The translations under genes were made by a program, and so were the position numbers. From Candidatus Helarchaeota archaeon (GTDB lineage Archaea > Asgardarchaeota > Lokiarchaeia > Helarchaeales > RDOG01): DNA of 64,000 nt. Location: contig JAHPZH010000008.1 of assembly GCA_019058315.1 (NCBI GenBank), positions 96,001 to 160,000 of the forward strand, given 5' to 3'. The notes under the pieces were generated by a model. The model saw nothing but the letters and a program-made list of their open reading frames with translations, was not told where the DNA came from and made no database searches. Shown piece by piece: positions 19,565-29,587 of the stretch (the first letter of the stretch is position 1; the number at the start of each line of letters is the position of its first letter).

Positions 19565-20719
19565 TTGATTAAATTGACAGAACCACCGAAGAAAAAACCA
19601 AAGATGAGATTGCAAAGAGTTGTAGCATTAGATATTGTTAGAGGAATCGCTGCATTTATGATGGTTCAAGGTCATTTCATTTATGCTACAGTTGAAAGTC
19701 ATGTTCCAAATATATTATTTCCTAAAATTCATCCAAACTTTTGGTTAACGAGGCTTTACTTTTTCATCTCTGAGAATTTCTTATATGCTTTGGGATGGTC
19801 AATGTTCTTTCTCGTCATCGGAATTGGCTTGGCCATTTCAATAGAGATTCAAAAACTAAGAAAAACCCCATTTAAAGATCGTTTGAAACATATTTTAAAA
19901 AGAACTGGATTTTTTATATTGGTTCAATATATTTTTAATATAGTTAGTTATGGATTTTTGCCTCCTGCCAGCTATGAAACTTATATTTTAACTCTTGGGA
20001 ATGTTCCTCCTTCTGATATTTTTTTCTATTTAAATCCAATAACCTCATTTTCGTATTCAAGCCTCATTGCGGAAATCGGACTTTGGTCTTTAGTTATTTT
20101 TTTCTTAATGGAACTCTCATTACGTGTTAGAATTGTTATTGCGATCATTTTTGGATTTGTAGGGTATTATATCATTTTCTTAAGGGGTAATATGCTTGTA
20201 TATATTTTAGCGGGTGGAATTTTTGGTTCTTATTTGATAAAAGAATCATTGAAAGGCAATAAAGATAAAATATTTAAGATTTTTCTTTTAACTGGAATAG
20301 TTTTTACAGGAATTGGAACCCCGTTACATATATTCGCCGATATTGCTGAGAGACTTGCAAATCCACTTCCTACTAATTACGCGGATTACTTAGGTAGTCC
20401 TGGATTTATTTTGTATTCATTAGGGGTAATTTGGATTTTATTTGCACTTTTATATCGGGGTGTGGACTATAATAGGCATAATTATAAGGCGTTTAAACCT
20501 TTTATTTTACTAGGAAATTTAACTCTGACAATATATGTGGCACATTACATACTATTGAATCAATTTCTTTATAACTTTGGGTTTAATGCTTATTTTAACA
20601 TAATTTCAGGTTGGACTTGGAATTTTGCTTTAATTATTTTTATTTATATAGCCTCAGTTTATTGGTCAAGGTATAGGTTTAAATATAGTTTAGAATGGGT
20701 TGTTCAAAAAATCAGATAA
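19565..20719 (+). CDS. HGSNAT/DUF1624-like membrane protein (tandem paralogue)
   Basis: RVVALDIVRGIAAFMMVQGH, NYADYLGSPGFILYSLG, YSLEWVVQ; clearly homologous to the previous gene. Confidence 0.75.
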   Translation: MIKLTEPPKKKPKMRLQRVVALDIVRGIAAFMMVQGHFIYATVESHVPNILFPKIHPNFWLTRLYFFISENFLYALGWSMFFLVIGIGLAISIEIQKLRKTPFKDRLKHILKRTGFFILVQYIFNIVSYGFLPPASYETYILTLGNVPPSDIFFYLNPITSFSYSSLIAEIGLWSLVIFFLMELSLRVRIVIAIIFGFVGYYIIFLRGNMLVYILAGGIFGSYLIKESLKGNKDKIFKIFLLTGIVFTGIGTPLHIFADIAERLANPLPTNYADYLGSPGFILYSLGVIWILFALLYRGVDYNRHNYKAFKPFILLGNLTLTIYVAHYILLNQFLYNFGFNAYFNIISGWTWNFALIIFIYIASVYWSRYRFKYSLEWVVQKIR

Positions 20720-20769
20720 TTAAGCTTGAGCTTTCTAAACCCCCAAATTTTATTTTTAGAAGGTCAAAA

Positions 20770-20967
20770 TTAAATTATTAATTTTTGATGACTTTCCTTT
20801 ACAGTCTTTTTAGTGCTCGAAATTGATTTATTTTTTAAATTAGGGAATTCAGAGCTCTTTCGCAATTCATTTATATTATTTAACATGTTAAAATCGAGTA
20901 ATTCATCTTTACAAAGTAAATAAAAGCTACAATCTTTGCAATTTTTGTTTTTTTTACAGTGATTCAT
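20770..20967 (-). CDS. small Cys-motif hypothetical protein
   Basis: 65 aa with C-x5-C-x2-C-x5-C; sits in an otherwise empty gap. Confidence 0.4.
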   Translation of the reverse strand: MNHCKKNKNCKDCSFYLLCKDELLDFNMLNNINELRKSSEFPNLKNKSISSTKKTVKESHQKLII

Positions 20968-21097
20968 AATTTTTGACTCGTTTTTGTCGAAAATACAATT
21001 ACTAATATTTCAAATAAAAAGCTACATGAATATATAAAAACTAAACATAGGGGTAATTTCGATTAGAAAATCTCCTATTCTTAATTGTTGCACTTTG

Positions 21098-22153
21098 CTA
21101 AATGAAAGAACTTAATAAAAATAGTACTTGTAAAATCCCGAGAATCCATGAGATTGTGAGCCCTATGATAAAACTAATATAGTTTTTGCTGGGAAATCTT
21201 TCATCATTTATTTGTATAAATATAGTTAATGGTAAAACTATGGGCAGCATGTGTCTGAATTCTATAGCGGAGATTAGAATCGATAGAGATAATACGGTAA
21301 ATAACCAAATAAAATAGAGTAGATTTTTTGTCAGATATTTTTCCCCCTCTTCATCCCTTTCATCATCTCGGATTCCTTTGATTAACATCCAATTACCTAT
21401 ACCAAATGTAAGTAATGTGAAAACGATTAAATTTGCAGGATTAATTGCAATAGAAATAGATTGAAATGTTAAAAATATGATACCTACTGGAACAGAAGTA
21501 AGAATTACGACAAAAATATATTCAGTCATCTCTTTTTTTTCAACTTCTCGGTTCCTTATTAGTTTAATTAGAAGATAAAGAACTATAAATACTGGAATTG
21601 CTTTACTTGAGTCTTTATACAGATTTCCTAGAATCACTGCAATTACTAATAGCGGATAATAGAGGATATGTTCTTTTCTTTTCTCAAAACAATAAACCGA
21701 AGCTAACATAAAGAATTGGGAGATAATTTCCCAATCACAAATCCAAATTGCTGAAGCCCAAGTTATTCCATTGAGAATGAAAAAGAATGCTTTTGATTTG
21801 TTATAAGTTAATTTATAGAGAACCACTCCACTTAAACCTACGAAAATTGCTTTAAATAGATGAAATCCCCATGGATTAAACCCAAAAATCCTTAGTAAAT
21901 AATGATATGTCCATAACGCCATTGGACGATGAGGTAATAAACGTAGAAAACTAAGTATTCCAAATACAAAGTTATTAATAACCTCATTGCCAAGGAAAAA
22001 CGTTGTGGCTGTTAAAGGAATCCAAAAGGTGAAATCATCTCGTTTGAACGGAAAAAAGAAGGAAGTTCCAAAATTAAAAAGGAACCCAATTAAAAAGAAC
22101 TTAAAACTCCAAGAACTATTCAACCAGTTAAAAAAATCTTTGAGTTTTTCCAT
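21098..22153 (-). CDS. GT-C superfamily integral membrane glycosyltransferase (TMTC/ArnT-like)
   Basis: RDD in the first luminal loop, HRPMALWTY..IFGFNPWGFHL motif, YKDS, FRHMLP; multi-TM. Confidence 0.6.
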   Translation of the reverse strand: MEKLKDFFNWLNSSWSFKFFLIGFLFNFGTSFFFPFKRDDFTFWIPLTATTFFLGNEVINNFVFGILSFLRLLPHRPMALWTYHYLLRIFGFNPWGFHLFKAIFVGLSGVVLYKLTYNKSKAFFFILNGITWASAIWICDWEIISQFFMLASVYCFEKRKEHILYYPLLVIAVILGNLYKDSSKAIPVFIVLYLLIKLIRNREVEKKEMTEYIFVVILTSVPVGIIFLTFQSISIAINPANLIVFTLLTFGIGNWMLIKGIRDDERDEEGEKYLTKNLLYFIWLFTVLSLSILISAIEFRHMLPIVLPLTIFIQINDERFPSKNYISFIIGLTISWILGILQVLFLLSSFI

Positions 22154-22226
22154 TTAATATTGTCCTATTTAAGTTTTAAAACAAGTATGAGTTAATTAGG
22201 AGTTAATACTTTTTAATTTAACCATT

Positions 22227-23468
22227 TTAAGATTTTTTAAAAAATGATTCTAAAGTCTTTCCTTTGGTATTTGCTTCAAGAATGGGGTTAATTAGCTCTA
22301 TTATTTTATCACCAACACTTTTTATCGACTTTAATTCGTTTCTATTCGCAATATTTTGAATAGATTCCTTTAGATTTCCGATATTTAAACCAGCCCATAA
22401 TAGATGATTATAATATTTACCTTGAATTTGTCGATCATAAGACATATCGCATAAAAATTGGCTTATTTTATAATTTAATTTCCTATAATCCTTTGGAATA
22501 TATCGCTCCTTAATTCTGTACTTTATATCATATTTTTTACACAATTCTACAACTATTTCATTAATCTTCAACATATAATCCATTTTTGGGATATATTCGC
22601 ACTTAAATTTCGATTTTAATTTTTCTTTTTTCTCTTCGATATTTTCTCCATCCTGTAATTCTTTCATAAGATTAGCCGTTTCTGAGCAAAAATTGGCATT
22701 ATATAGATTATTATATTTAGGAATTAATTCTGGATATTTCTCTTCTAATTTAGACATAAAAAAAATAGCTTGGAAATCTCTCATGGTCATTCCACTAAAT
22801 AAAATGTATTCAGAACCACTCTCTTTAGTCCTTCTGATTATTTCTTCAAGAGTTTCTTTATCATCAGTAAGATAAGGCACTATTGGCATTATAAAAATAC
22901 CCGTATGAATTTCGGGATATTTTTCATTAATTAATTCTAGACATTTCATTCTATTCTCAGCACTTGGAGCTCCTGGTTCTAAAAATTTATTAATTTCTTT
23001 ATTTAATGTTGTTACAGTAAAAGAAACTGCAGCCCATGATGCTTTTGCGATTTTTAATATGAGATCTAGATCATTCTGAATCATATCAGATTTAGTTAAA
23101 ATGGACAGAGGATATTTATGCTTTAATAAAACTTGTAAAATCTGGCGTGTTTGTCCATATTCCATCTCTGCTGGTTGATATGCATCTCCAGCACTGCCAA
23201 TAATTGTAACATCTGGGAGTAATTTTCTTGCTTTTTTAAGTCTTTGGTCCAAGGCTTCCCCTATTGGCTTCCCATTTATTGTTTTAATATAAACTGTCTG
23301 ACCAAAATCTTGATGAAGATAATATCTAAAAGATCTTGTATCGCAGTAAATACACGCATGTTCGCATCCATTATAACAATTTATTATATATTTACACCAA
23401 AACCATGAATCTACATATTTCATAACTTTTAAAACTGTCTTAAAATCTTTAAATTCATATTTTACCAT
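22227..23468 (-). CDS. radical SAM protein (SplB-like DNA-repair family) with C-terminal HhH and PIP-like motif
   Basis: GCEHACIYC (CxxxCxxC), DAYQPAE, ILTKS, LEPGAPS, PIVPYLTD; LKSIKSVGDKI HhH; tail KTLESFF. Confidence 0.85.
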   Translation of the reverse strand: MVKYEFKDFKTVLKVMKYVDSWFWCKYIINCYNGCEHACIYCDTRSFRYYLHQDFGQTVYIKTINGKPIGEALDQRLKKARKLLPDVTIIGSAGDAYQPAEMEYGQTRQILQVLLKHKYPLSILTKSDMIQNDLDLILKIAKASWAAVSFTVTTLNKEINKFLEPGAPSAENRMKCLELINEKYPEIHTGIFIMPIVPYLTDDKETLEEIIRRTKESGSEYILFSGMTMRDFQAIFFMSKLEEKYPELIPKYNNLYNANFCSETANLMKELQDGENIEEKKEKLKSKFKCEYIPKMDYMLKINEIVVELCKKYDIKYRIKERYIPKDYRKLNYKISQFLCDMSYDRQIQGKYYNHLLWAGLNIGNLKESIQNIANRNELKSIKSVGDKIIELINPILEANTKGKTLESFFKKS

Positions 23469-23578
23469 TTGTCATCAAATTAAAAGAGTTTTTAAGGAAA
23501 CTTTAAAATTTGTTGATAAGTTTAAAAATTTCTTATTATTTATAAATAAGAAATCTTCCTAAAAAGTGACGTGATATA

Positions 23579-24640
23579 GTGGATTTATCTGAAATTCTTG
23601 AGGAATTGAAAAAACAAAAAGACTCTGGAAGAAAAATTGTTGGAATTATGGCACATCAGATGATTCCAGAAGAAATTATACATGCAAGTGGAGCCATACC
23701 ATTAAAATTAAGTTTTTCAGGACCTGAAGAAATAAGTATGAGAGGGACAGAATATCTAACAGCAGCCACATGCCCCCTTGCACGTTCGACTGTGGGGTTC
23801 TTTGAGGATGGAAATGAATTTTACTCATTAATTGATGTTTTTCTTGGTGGAAATTATTGTAATGGTGATGTTTGCGCTTCTGAATATATTTCGAAATATT
23901 TTAAAATACCTTTAATTCATTTCCCAATTCCTTGGATGGATAATTCTCCTTCGGTCCATTATTATCAAACACTCATCTCAAATTTAAAAAAATCTCTTGA
24001 AAATATCTTTAAAATACAAATCACAGATGAGCAAATTTCAAATTCAATTTCCTCATATAATCAAATTCGGAAATTTTTTCAAGAAATTAAACCAAAAATT
24101 GGAATGGGTTCGCAATTTCAAGAAATATTAAATGAATTATATTTATTGGGTCCTGATATATTCCTCAGAAATATTAAAACACAGCAAGATTTTGTTAAAA
24201 AAGAGGAACAGAATACAGCTATAGCATTTACAGGTTCCTTTGTCGGTATAAATGACCATATTTTAGAAACTATCGAAAATTGTGGATTTCAAATAAGTTA
24301 TAATAATTCAGAATCAATTTTCTATTTTGATGAATTGATTCCTTCAGGAGAACCAATGGCAGCTTTAGCTCAATATTATTTACAAAATCATTATTCCTTT
24401 CGAATGCTTGAAACCCAACATCAAATAAACCGACTCGTTGAAAAAGTTAAATCATTAGAATTGAAAGGAACTATTTTACACGTTCTTAAATTCTGTGATC
24501 CTTACGTGTCAACAAGAAATTACATTAAAGATTCATTAAGTGAACAAGGTTATGCCATACTAGAAATTGAACGAGATTATGACCAAAGTATTGAACAAAT
24601 TAAGACACGTTTAGAAGCTTTTAGGGAAATGATAGAATGA
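23579..24640 (+). CDS. 2-hydroxyacyl-CoA dehydratase subunit (HgdB/FldC/BcrC family)
   Basis: PEEIIHASG, TCPLARS, YCNG, KFCDP, EQIKTRLEAFREM; GTG start. Confidence 0.85.
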   Translation: MDLSEILEELKKQKDSGRKIVGIMAHQMIPEEIIHASGAIPLKLSFSGPEEISMRGTEYLTAATCPLARSTVGFFEDGNEFYSLIDVFLGGNYCNGDVCASEYISKYFKIPLIHFPIPWMDNSPSVHYYQTLISNLKKSLENIFKIQITDEQISNSISSYNQIRKFFQEIKPKIGMGSQFQEILNELYLLGPDIFLRNIKTQQDFVKKEEQNTAIAFTGSFVGINDHILETIENCGFQISYNNSESIFYFDELIPSGEPMAALAQYYLQNHYSFRMLETQHQINRLVEKVKSLELKGTILHVLKFCDPYVSTRNYIKDSLSEQGYAILEIERDYDQSIEQIKTRLEAFREMIE

Positions 24641-25950
24641 GTAAGCTTGTAAAGGATTATTTAAATGAAAATACTCTAACTTTAATGTTAGACTATTATT
24701 CAGGTCAAAAACAAGTGCGTTTAGCAAAATCGCGGGGGAAAAAAACATGTTCAATCATGCTCCCCTTTGTTATAGAACTAATTGAGGCCTCGGGCTGTGT
24801 CCCTATTTCTTGTTATCGACTAGGTCGCTTTCTTGCAGATCGTGAACTCCGCCTAATGAGACTTTCAAAAAATATTTTTGGGACTAGCTCCCTTGTACGA
24901 TCATTAAGTTTCATTAACAGGGCAATTGGTCCGGATTGGCTTAAAAATCTAGCTGATAAAGGAATTCTTGGGGGTTTATGGAAGGTTTATCATGAATCAG
25001 TTAATGTGGCTAAAGAACAACAATTTCCTTTGGATGCTTGTTTTGGAACGAGGGTTTATTATGGAGCTTTAACACAATTCCAAAAGGACATTGATTTTGA
25101 AATTGGCTATGGAACTAGGTGTGGTTGGTTAACTAAATTCTATCAAGCTTGCAGTAAAATAAAACCTCTTGTATTTATTGATATTCCAATGAAATTTGAT
25201 GAAAATGCCTTTGATTATCAAAAAAATGAAATATTACGAGTCATTGGTGAAATTGAAAAGATTACTAAAAAATCTTTTTCAGAAGATGCTCTTCAAGAAG
25301 AAATTCGTCTCCATAATTCTATAGCAAAGAGTTACTCAGAAATTCTAAAAGTTTGGGCTCAAGATATAACGGCTATGGGACCGCTTGGCTTTACTTATGT
25401 TCTTTCCATGTTGCATTTTGGATATACTGATAGGTTAACCAAAGGATCAAAATATTTTGATAGACTTTTAAGAAATCTTCTTCAAGAATTCAAGAAAAAC
25501 CTTAAAACAGATCTTACAGATACTCCCAAATTGATATTAGCTCCTATGTTTGGAGGTTTTGATCCCGAAACCTTGAAAATTGTAAGTGAATTAGGTGGAA
25601 GGTTATTATTCGCAGATTGGACAGTTCTTAAAATATTAGATCCCATTAAAGAGAGTGGTGATCCAATTGAAAATTATACGGATTATCTATTAAACATTTC
25701 ACGGAATTGGTATGATAACTCTACGGTTATTAATAATTGGATAGAGGTTATTGAAGATTTAAAACTTGATGGGGTCATTTTTAATAGTGTCTATGGGTGT
25801 AAGAGTTTAACTCCCTCGTTCAGACTATTTAAAGACCGTTTAATTGAGTTAGATGTTCCAATCATCGATATATCCTTTCATAACATGGAAGAAAATATTG
25901 GACAAAATAGAACAAGGATTGGAGCATTTATTGAAATGATTAAAGGTTAA
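24637..25950 (+). CDS. 2-hydroxyacyl-CoA dehydratase subunit (HgdA/FldB/BcrB family)
   Basis: ATGA overlap with the previous gene; DACFG, TRCGW, YGCKS Cys ligands; GQNRTRIGAFIEM. Confidence 0.8.
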   Translation: MSKLVKDYLNENTLTLMLDYYSGQKQVRLAKSRGKKTCSIMLPFVIELIEASGCVPISCYRLGRFLADRELRLMRLSKNIFGTSSLVRSLSFINRAIGPDWLKNLADKGILGGLWKVYHESVNVAKEQQFPLDACFGTRVYYGALTQFQKDIDFEIGYGTRCGWLTKFYQACSKIKPLVFIDIPMKFDENAFDYQKNEILRVIGEIEKITKKSFSEDALQEEIRLHNSIAKSYSEILKVWAQDITAMGPLGFTYVLSMLHFGYTDRLTKGSKYFDRLLRNLLQEFKKNLKTDLTDTPKLILAPMFGGFDPETLKIVSELGGRLLFADWTVLKILDPIKESGDPIENYTDYLLNISRNWYDNSTVINNWIEVIEDLKLDGVIFNSVYGCKSLTPSFRLFKDRLIELDVPIIDISFHNMEENIGQNRTRIGAFIEMIKG

Positions 25951-25991
25951 TTAATTTATCAATACGTTGTTAGAGAATTACTTAATAAAAA

Positions 25992-26711
25992 TCAAAGGGG
26001 TAATATCTCATATTTTAAATCAACAATATTCTCTTCTGGAAGAAATTGAAGTACATTAACTTCTATATTGAATAATTTATCAAAAATATTAGGGTAACTT
26101 TTTAAAAAATCAAGAGTTTCTTGTTCAATAATGCCTGAAAATATTTCAAAATGTAATTTATTTTCCATATAATTAGAATCTCGAATACGAATTATTATAA
26201 ACGGGGGATCTTGGTTTATTATTGGCGGATCGATACTACAAGGGTCTTTTGAAAGATATATTATTTTAATTAAATCAATTATAAAACCTGCAAATTGATT
26301 TAAATCTGAAATAATATTAAAAGGTTTTTTTATTCCATTAACGGGTATTACATCTTTTACAATAGGTTTTTCCTTAGCGATTGCTTTGCCAATTTCTTTC
26401 CCATCTTTTATTTCAGGGTGGAAGATATTCAAGTATTTCATAAAGGATTTTTGATACTCTATAACTCCGTGGTGTGCTCGTGACATATATGACTGATCAT
26501 ATTTTTTCAAATCACTAATATACCATATTTTATATTGACCGACTCGTCGATCGGAAACTAAACCCTCCTTTTCTAATTTTTTTAAATATTTTGTGACTGT
26601 TATCCGACTAAAATTTGTTTCTTCAGAAATCTTCTTAATACTAATCCCAAATTTTGACTTTTCCAGAAGATTTAAAATATCTTTTCTTATTTTTCCTTGT
26701 TGTTTTACCAT
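25992..26711 (-). CDS. winged-HTH transcriptional regulator with putative V4R/HNOX-like ligand-binding domain
   Basis: ILNLL..GISIKKISEETNFSRITVTKYLKKLEKEGLV..RVGQYKIW wHTH; C-terminal GKEIGKAIA...FEIFSGII pattern; likely start ATG 26711 after GGAGA. Confidence 0.7.
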   Translation of the reverse strand: MVKQQGKIRKDILNLLEKSKFGISIKKISEETNFSRITVTKYLKKLEKEGLVSDRRVGQYKIWYISDLKKYDQSYMSRAHHGVIEYQKSFMKYLNIFHPEIKDGKEIGKAIAKEKPIVKDVIPVNGIKKPFNIISDLNQFAGFIIDLIKIIYLSKDPCSIDPPIINQDPPFIIIRIRDSNYMENKLHFEIFSGIIEQETLDFLKSYPNIFDKLFNIEVNVLQFLPEENIVDLKYEILPL

Positions 26712-27031
26712 TTTATTATTTCTTTCTCCATGGCTTTTATTCAATTTTGATGAAATTAATTAAATTTAAATTTAGTCCTTTTATAAGGAAGATTTTTTAT
26801 TAAAATTTTAAATATATATATCTGTAACATAAGTTATTTTCCTTATTTCTGTTATTTAATCCATTAAATAAATATCTTTTGATATAAAAACTTCAATTCT
26901 TCATCTAATCGAATAACTTTATTATTTTATTCAAATTTCATGTTTATTTTGTAAAACCTACCAAAATATTTTTAATAAAATTTTGGTCTTTGGTTATCAT
27001 ATGAGTATATTTTCAATATACACATATATAT

Positions 27032-27637
27032 ATGAAAATAATGGACTTGATTAAAATGAATCAATTAGGACTAAAAAACATCTTTAGTGATTTACCACCC
27101 GAAAGATTAGCTTGGCTTGCCCCCCTGGTGTATTTGGCACATATAATTGAGGAAGCCGCATTTGGCTTTTATAACTTCATGAATAAATATCGTGGAGGAT
27201 CTGGAACTCTCGGACAATTTTTGATCATGAATGGAATCCTCATGATCGCATATATCATTATAATTACTATGTTTACTGTGTACACAAACCGTTTAACTGC
27301 ATTTATTAGTTTGGCAGCTTTGTTGGCGGCGCAATTTTTTAACGCGTTTTTTCATTTAATTTTTACAATTATATATGGAGAATATTGTCCAGGTTTAATA
27401 ACTGGTTTTGCTTTATATATCCCATTTAATATTTTTATTGTTTGGAAAGCATATCAGGAAGATTATATAACAAAAACTACTGGAGCTATTCTCTTTGTTT
27501 TAGGGGCTATACTTATGGCATTATTTGAGTTTGAATCCCTTATAGTACTTTTAGGCTTTGCAATTACTGTAGCAATATCACTTCCGGTGTACTATATTAG
27601 AAGTCACAAGTCCGAAAATTTGGAAAAGGAAACTTAA
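27032..27637 (+). CDS. HXXEE domain membrane protein
   Basis: LAHIIEE, NAFFH, YCPGLITG motifs; six TM. Confidence 0.8.
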   Translation: MKIMDLIKMNQLGLKNIFSDLPPERLAWLAPLVYLAHIIEEAAFGFYNFMNKYRGGSGTLGQFLIMNGILMIAYIIIITMFTVYTNRLTAFISLAALLAAQFFNAFFHLIFTIIYGEYCPGLITGFALYIPFNIFIVWKAYQEDYITKTTGAILFVLGAILMALFEFESLIVLLGFAITVAISLPVYYIRSHKSENLEKET

Positions 27638-27665
27638 AAAAAAAATTAATAGAAGGGAGATAATT

Positions 27666-29450
27666 TTGAAAAGAAAAATAAATGATATAATTTATCCATG
27701 GAAAACTCCTCCAGGAGTCGTGCTTGAAAAAAATCATTATGCGACTATGCGGGATGGTATAAAAATTGCGATGGATGTATACAAGCCCGCAGAGGGAAAT
27801 GGTCCATGGCCAGTTATTCTGTCGATAGCACCATATAAAAAGGAATTATTAATGGAAGTAGGCAATCTTAGTTTCTATGTTCCTAAAGGATATGTAATAG
27901 TCAATGCTCAAGCAAGAGGCAGTGGTTTATCACAAGGAAAGTACAACTTTGGTGATGAATTGGAACAACAAGATGGATATGATATTGTGGAATGGATCGC
28001 CAAACAACCATGGTGTGATGGAAATGTAGGTATGTTAGGGTGTTCCTATCTTGCTATGAGTCAATATTATGTAGCAGGACAGAAGCCACCTCATCTTAAA
28101 TGCATTGTCCCCATTAATGGCATGACTGATATATACAGAAATGCTATTTACCAAGGAGGACTCTTTAATTCTTCTTTTATGCACATGTGGGGAATAATGA
28201 CGCTTAAAAGTTGTGCATGGCCGAGTAATGTTCCCGGAAAGGAACAACCAGATGATGGACTTGCTGCTTGGTATTTTTATCCAGAAGATGGACCATATTA
28301 CTGGGAAAGAAGTGCAGATAGGCGTGCTGATGAGCTTGATATACCCATATTCGGCATAATTGCAGCCCATACTTACATCCATACAACTTCACAACTTATT
28401 ACGTATTCAAAAATCAAGAGTCCAAAGAAGCTAATGATATTACCAGAGGCTCCAGTGATGTATATGTTATTTGTCGATTTAAACGTGGGAATTAACCAAG
28501 AAATACTCAGATGGTTTGATTACTGGCTTAAAGGTATAGACACAAAAATTATGGACGATCCTCCAGTAGCGATCTACGATAATGGTACGAAAAAGTGGCG
28601 TTATGAAAATGAATATCCGCTTTTAAGGACAAAATGGACAAAATTTTTTCTACACCGAAATCCTGCTGGACCTGCAAGTAAGGCCCCATGGGGATTACTT
28701 AACCAAGATGCACCAACAGAAAATGAAAAACCCGATAAATTGAAGAGTTCTGCCTTAGGTGCCGCGAGTATGTTAGGGTCTGGGCTAAGTAGAGTGCCAC
28801 GAGGTAGTGGTTTATATAGAGAAGAAGCGCTACCCTCCTTTAAACCAGCAATTTTAGCATATTTAAGTCAACCTTTAATTGAGAATTTGACGGCATTGGG
28901 ACCGCTAAGCATTAATCTTTATGGATCTGCTGATACAGAGGACACATATACGTGGGCATGGTTTGTAAAAATAGGAGAAGTAGCACCCAATGATAAAGTT
29001 AGGGTCTGGACATTAGGTAATCTCAAAGCATCGTTTAGGGAGGTTGGCGAGGAAAAGTCAAAGCCAGGACAGCCTTGGCATTCTTTCCAAAACCCAGCTA
29101 TTCTAGAGCCAAACACAATCTATGATTTTCAAATCGAGATTCAACCCTTATTTCTTACTTTTAAAAAAGGACATAAGATTTATGTGGAGATTTCATGTGA
29201 GGACCCTGGCTATGAAATTGATAGTACCTGCGATCCAGTAGGATTAGCGGGATCAGTACCTAAAAAAATATCTGTTTACCATGATCCGGAACACCCATCC
29301 CATCTGCTACTGCCGGTTATTCCTGATGCTCCAGAAATCAAGCCAGTGGGACCACCTTTATCAGATATATATTGGGGTGGACCATCGATTAGCGATAATT
29401 ATATATCCAAATTTATAGGTGGAGCAAGTCGAAGTAAGCGTTCTAAATAA
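27666..29450 (+). CDS. CocE/NonD family (peptidase S15) alpha/beta hydrolase
   Basis: MRDGIKIAMDVY, RGSGLSQG, DGYDIVEWIAKQPWCDGNVGMLGCSYLA (nucleophile Ser), RWFDYWLKG, PSHLLLPV. Confidence 0.92.
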   Translation: MKRKINDIIYPWKTPPGVVLEKNHYATMRDGIKIAMDVYKPAEGNGPWPVILSIAPYKKELLMEVGNLSFYVPKGYVIVNAQARGSGLSQGKYNFGDELEQQDGYDIVEWIAKQPWCDGNVGMLGCSYLAMSQYYVAGQKPPHLKCIVPINGMTDIYRNAIYQGGLFNSSFMHMWGIMTLKSCAWPSNVPGKEQPDDGLAAWYFYPEDGPYYWERSADRRADELDIPIFGIIAAHTYIHTTSQLITYSKIKSPKKLMILPEAPVMYMLFVDLNVGINQEILRWFDYWLKGIDTKIMDDPPVAIYDNGTKKWRYENEYPLLRTKWTKFFLHRNPAGPASKAPWGLLNQDAPTENEKPDKLKSSALGAASMLGSGLSRVPRGSGLYREEALPSFKPAILAYLSQPLIENLTALGPLSINLYGSADTEDTYTWAWFVKIGEVAPNDKVRVWTLGNLKASFREVGEEKSKPGQPWHSFQNPAILEPNTIYDFQIEIQPLFLTFKKGHKIYVEISCEDPGYEIDSTCDPVGLAGSVPKKISVYHDPEHPSHLLLPVIPDAPEIKPVGPPLSDIYWGGPSISDNYISKFIGGASRSKRSK

Positions 29451-29587
29451 TTTCATGAGTTCTGTGAGATTTTCTCACTACTTATTTTTTTTATAGCTCA
29501 AAACATGATGAATAATTAAAATTAATATACCAAATATTATAGACATTTAAATATGTTCTAAACCTAGTAATTACGGCCACCCAGACT

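Noticed and set aside
22227-23468. Spore photoproduct lyase (splB) proper
   Set aside because: Only family-level similarity; the extra HhH/PIP tail and non-sporulating context argue against the symbol.
23579-25950. Benzoyl-CoA reductase bcrBC
   Set aside because: No bcrAD or ring-cleavage genes adjacent; cannot be distinguished from dehydratases by motif.
27016-27033. (AT)n-like microsatellite before the HXXEE gene
   Set aside because: Short, interrupted, and expected in AT-rich DNA; no evidence of phase variation.
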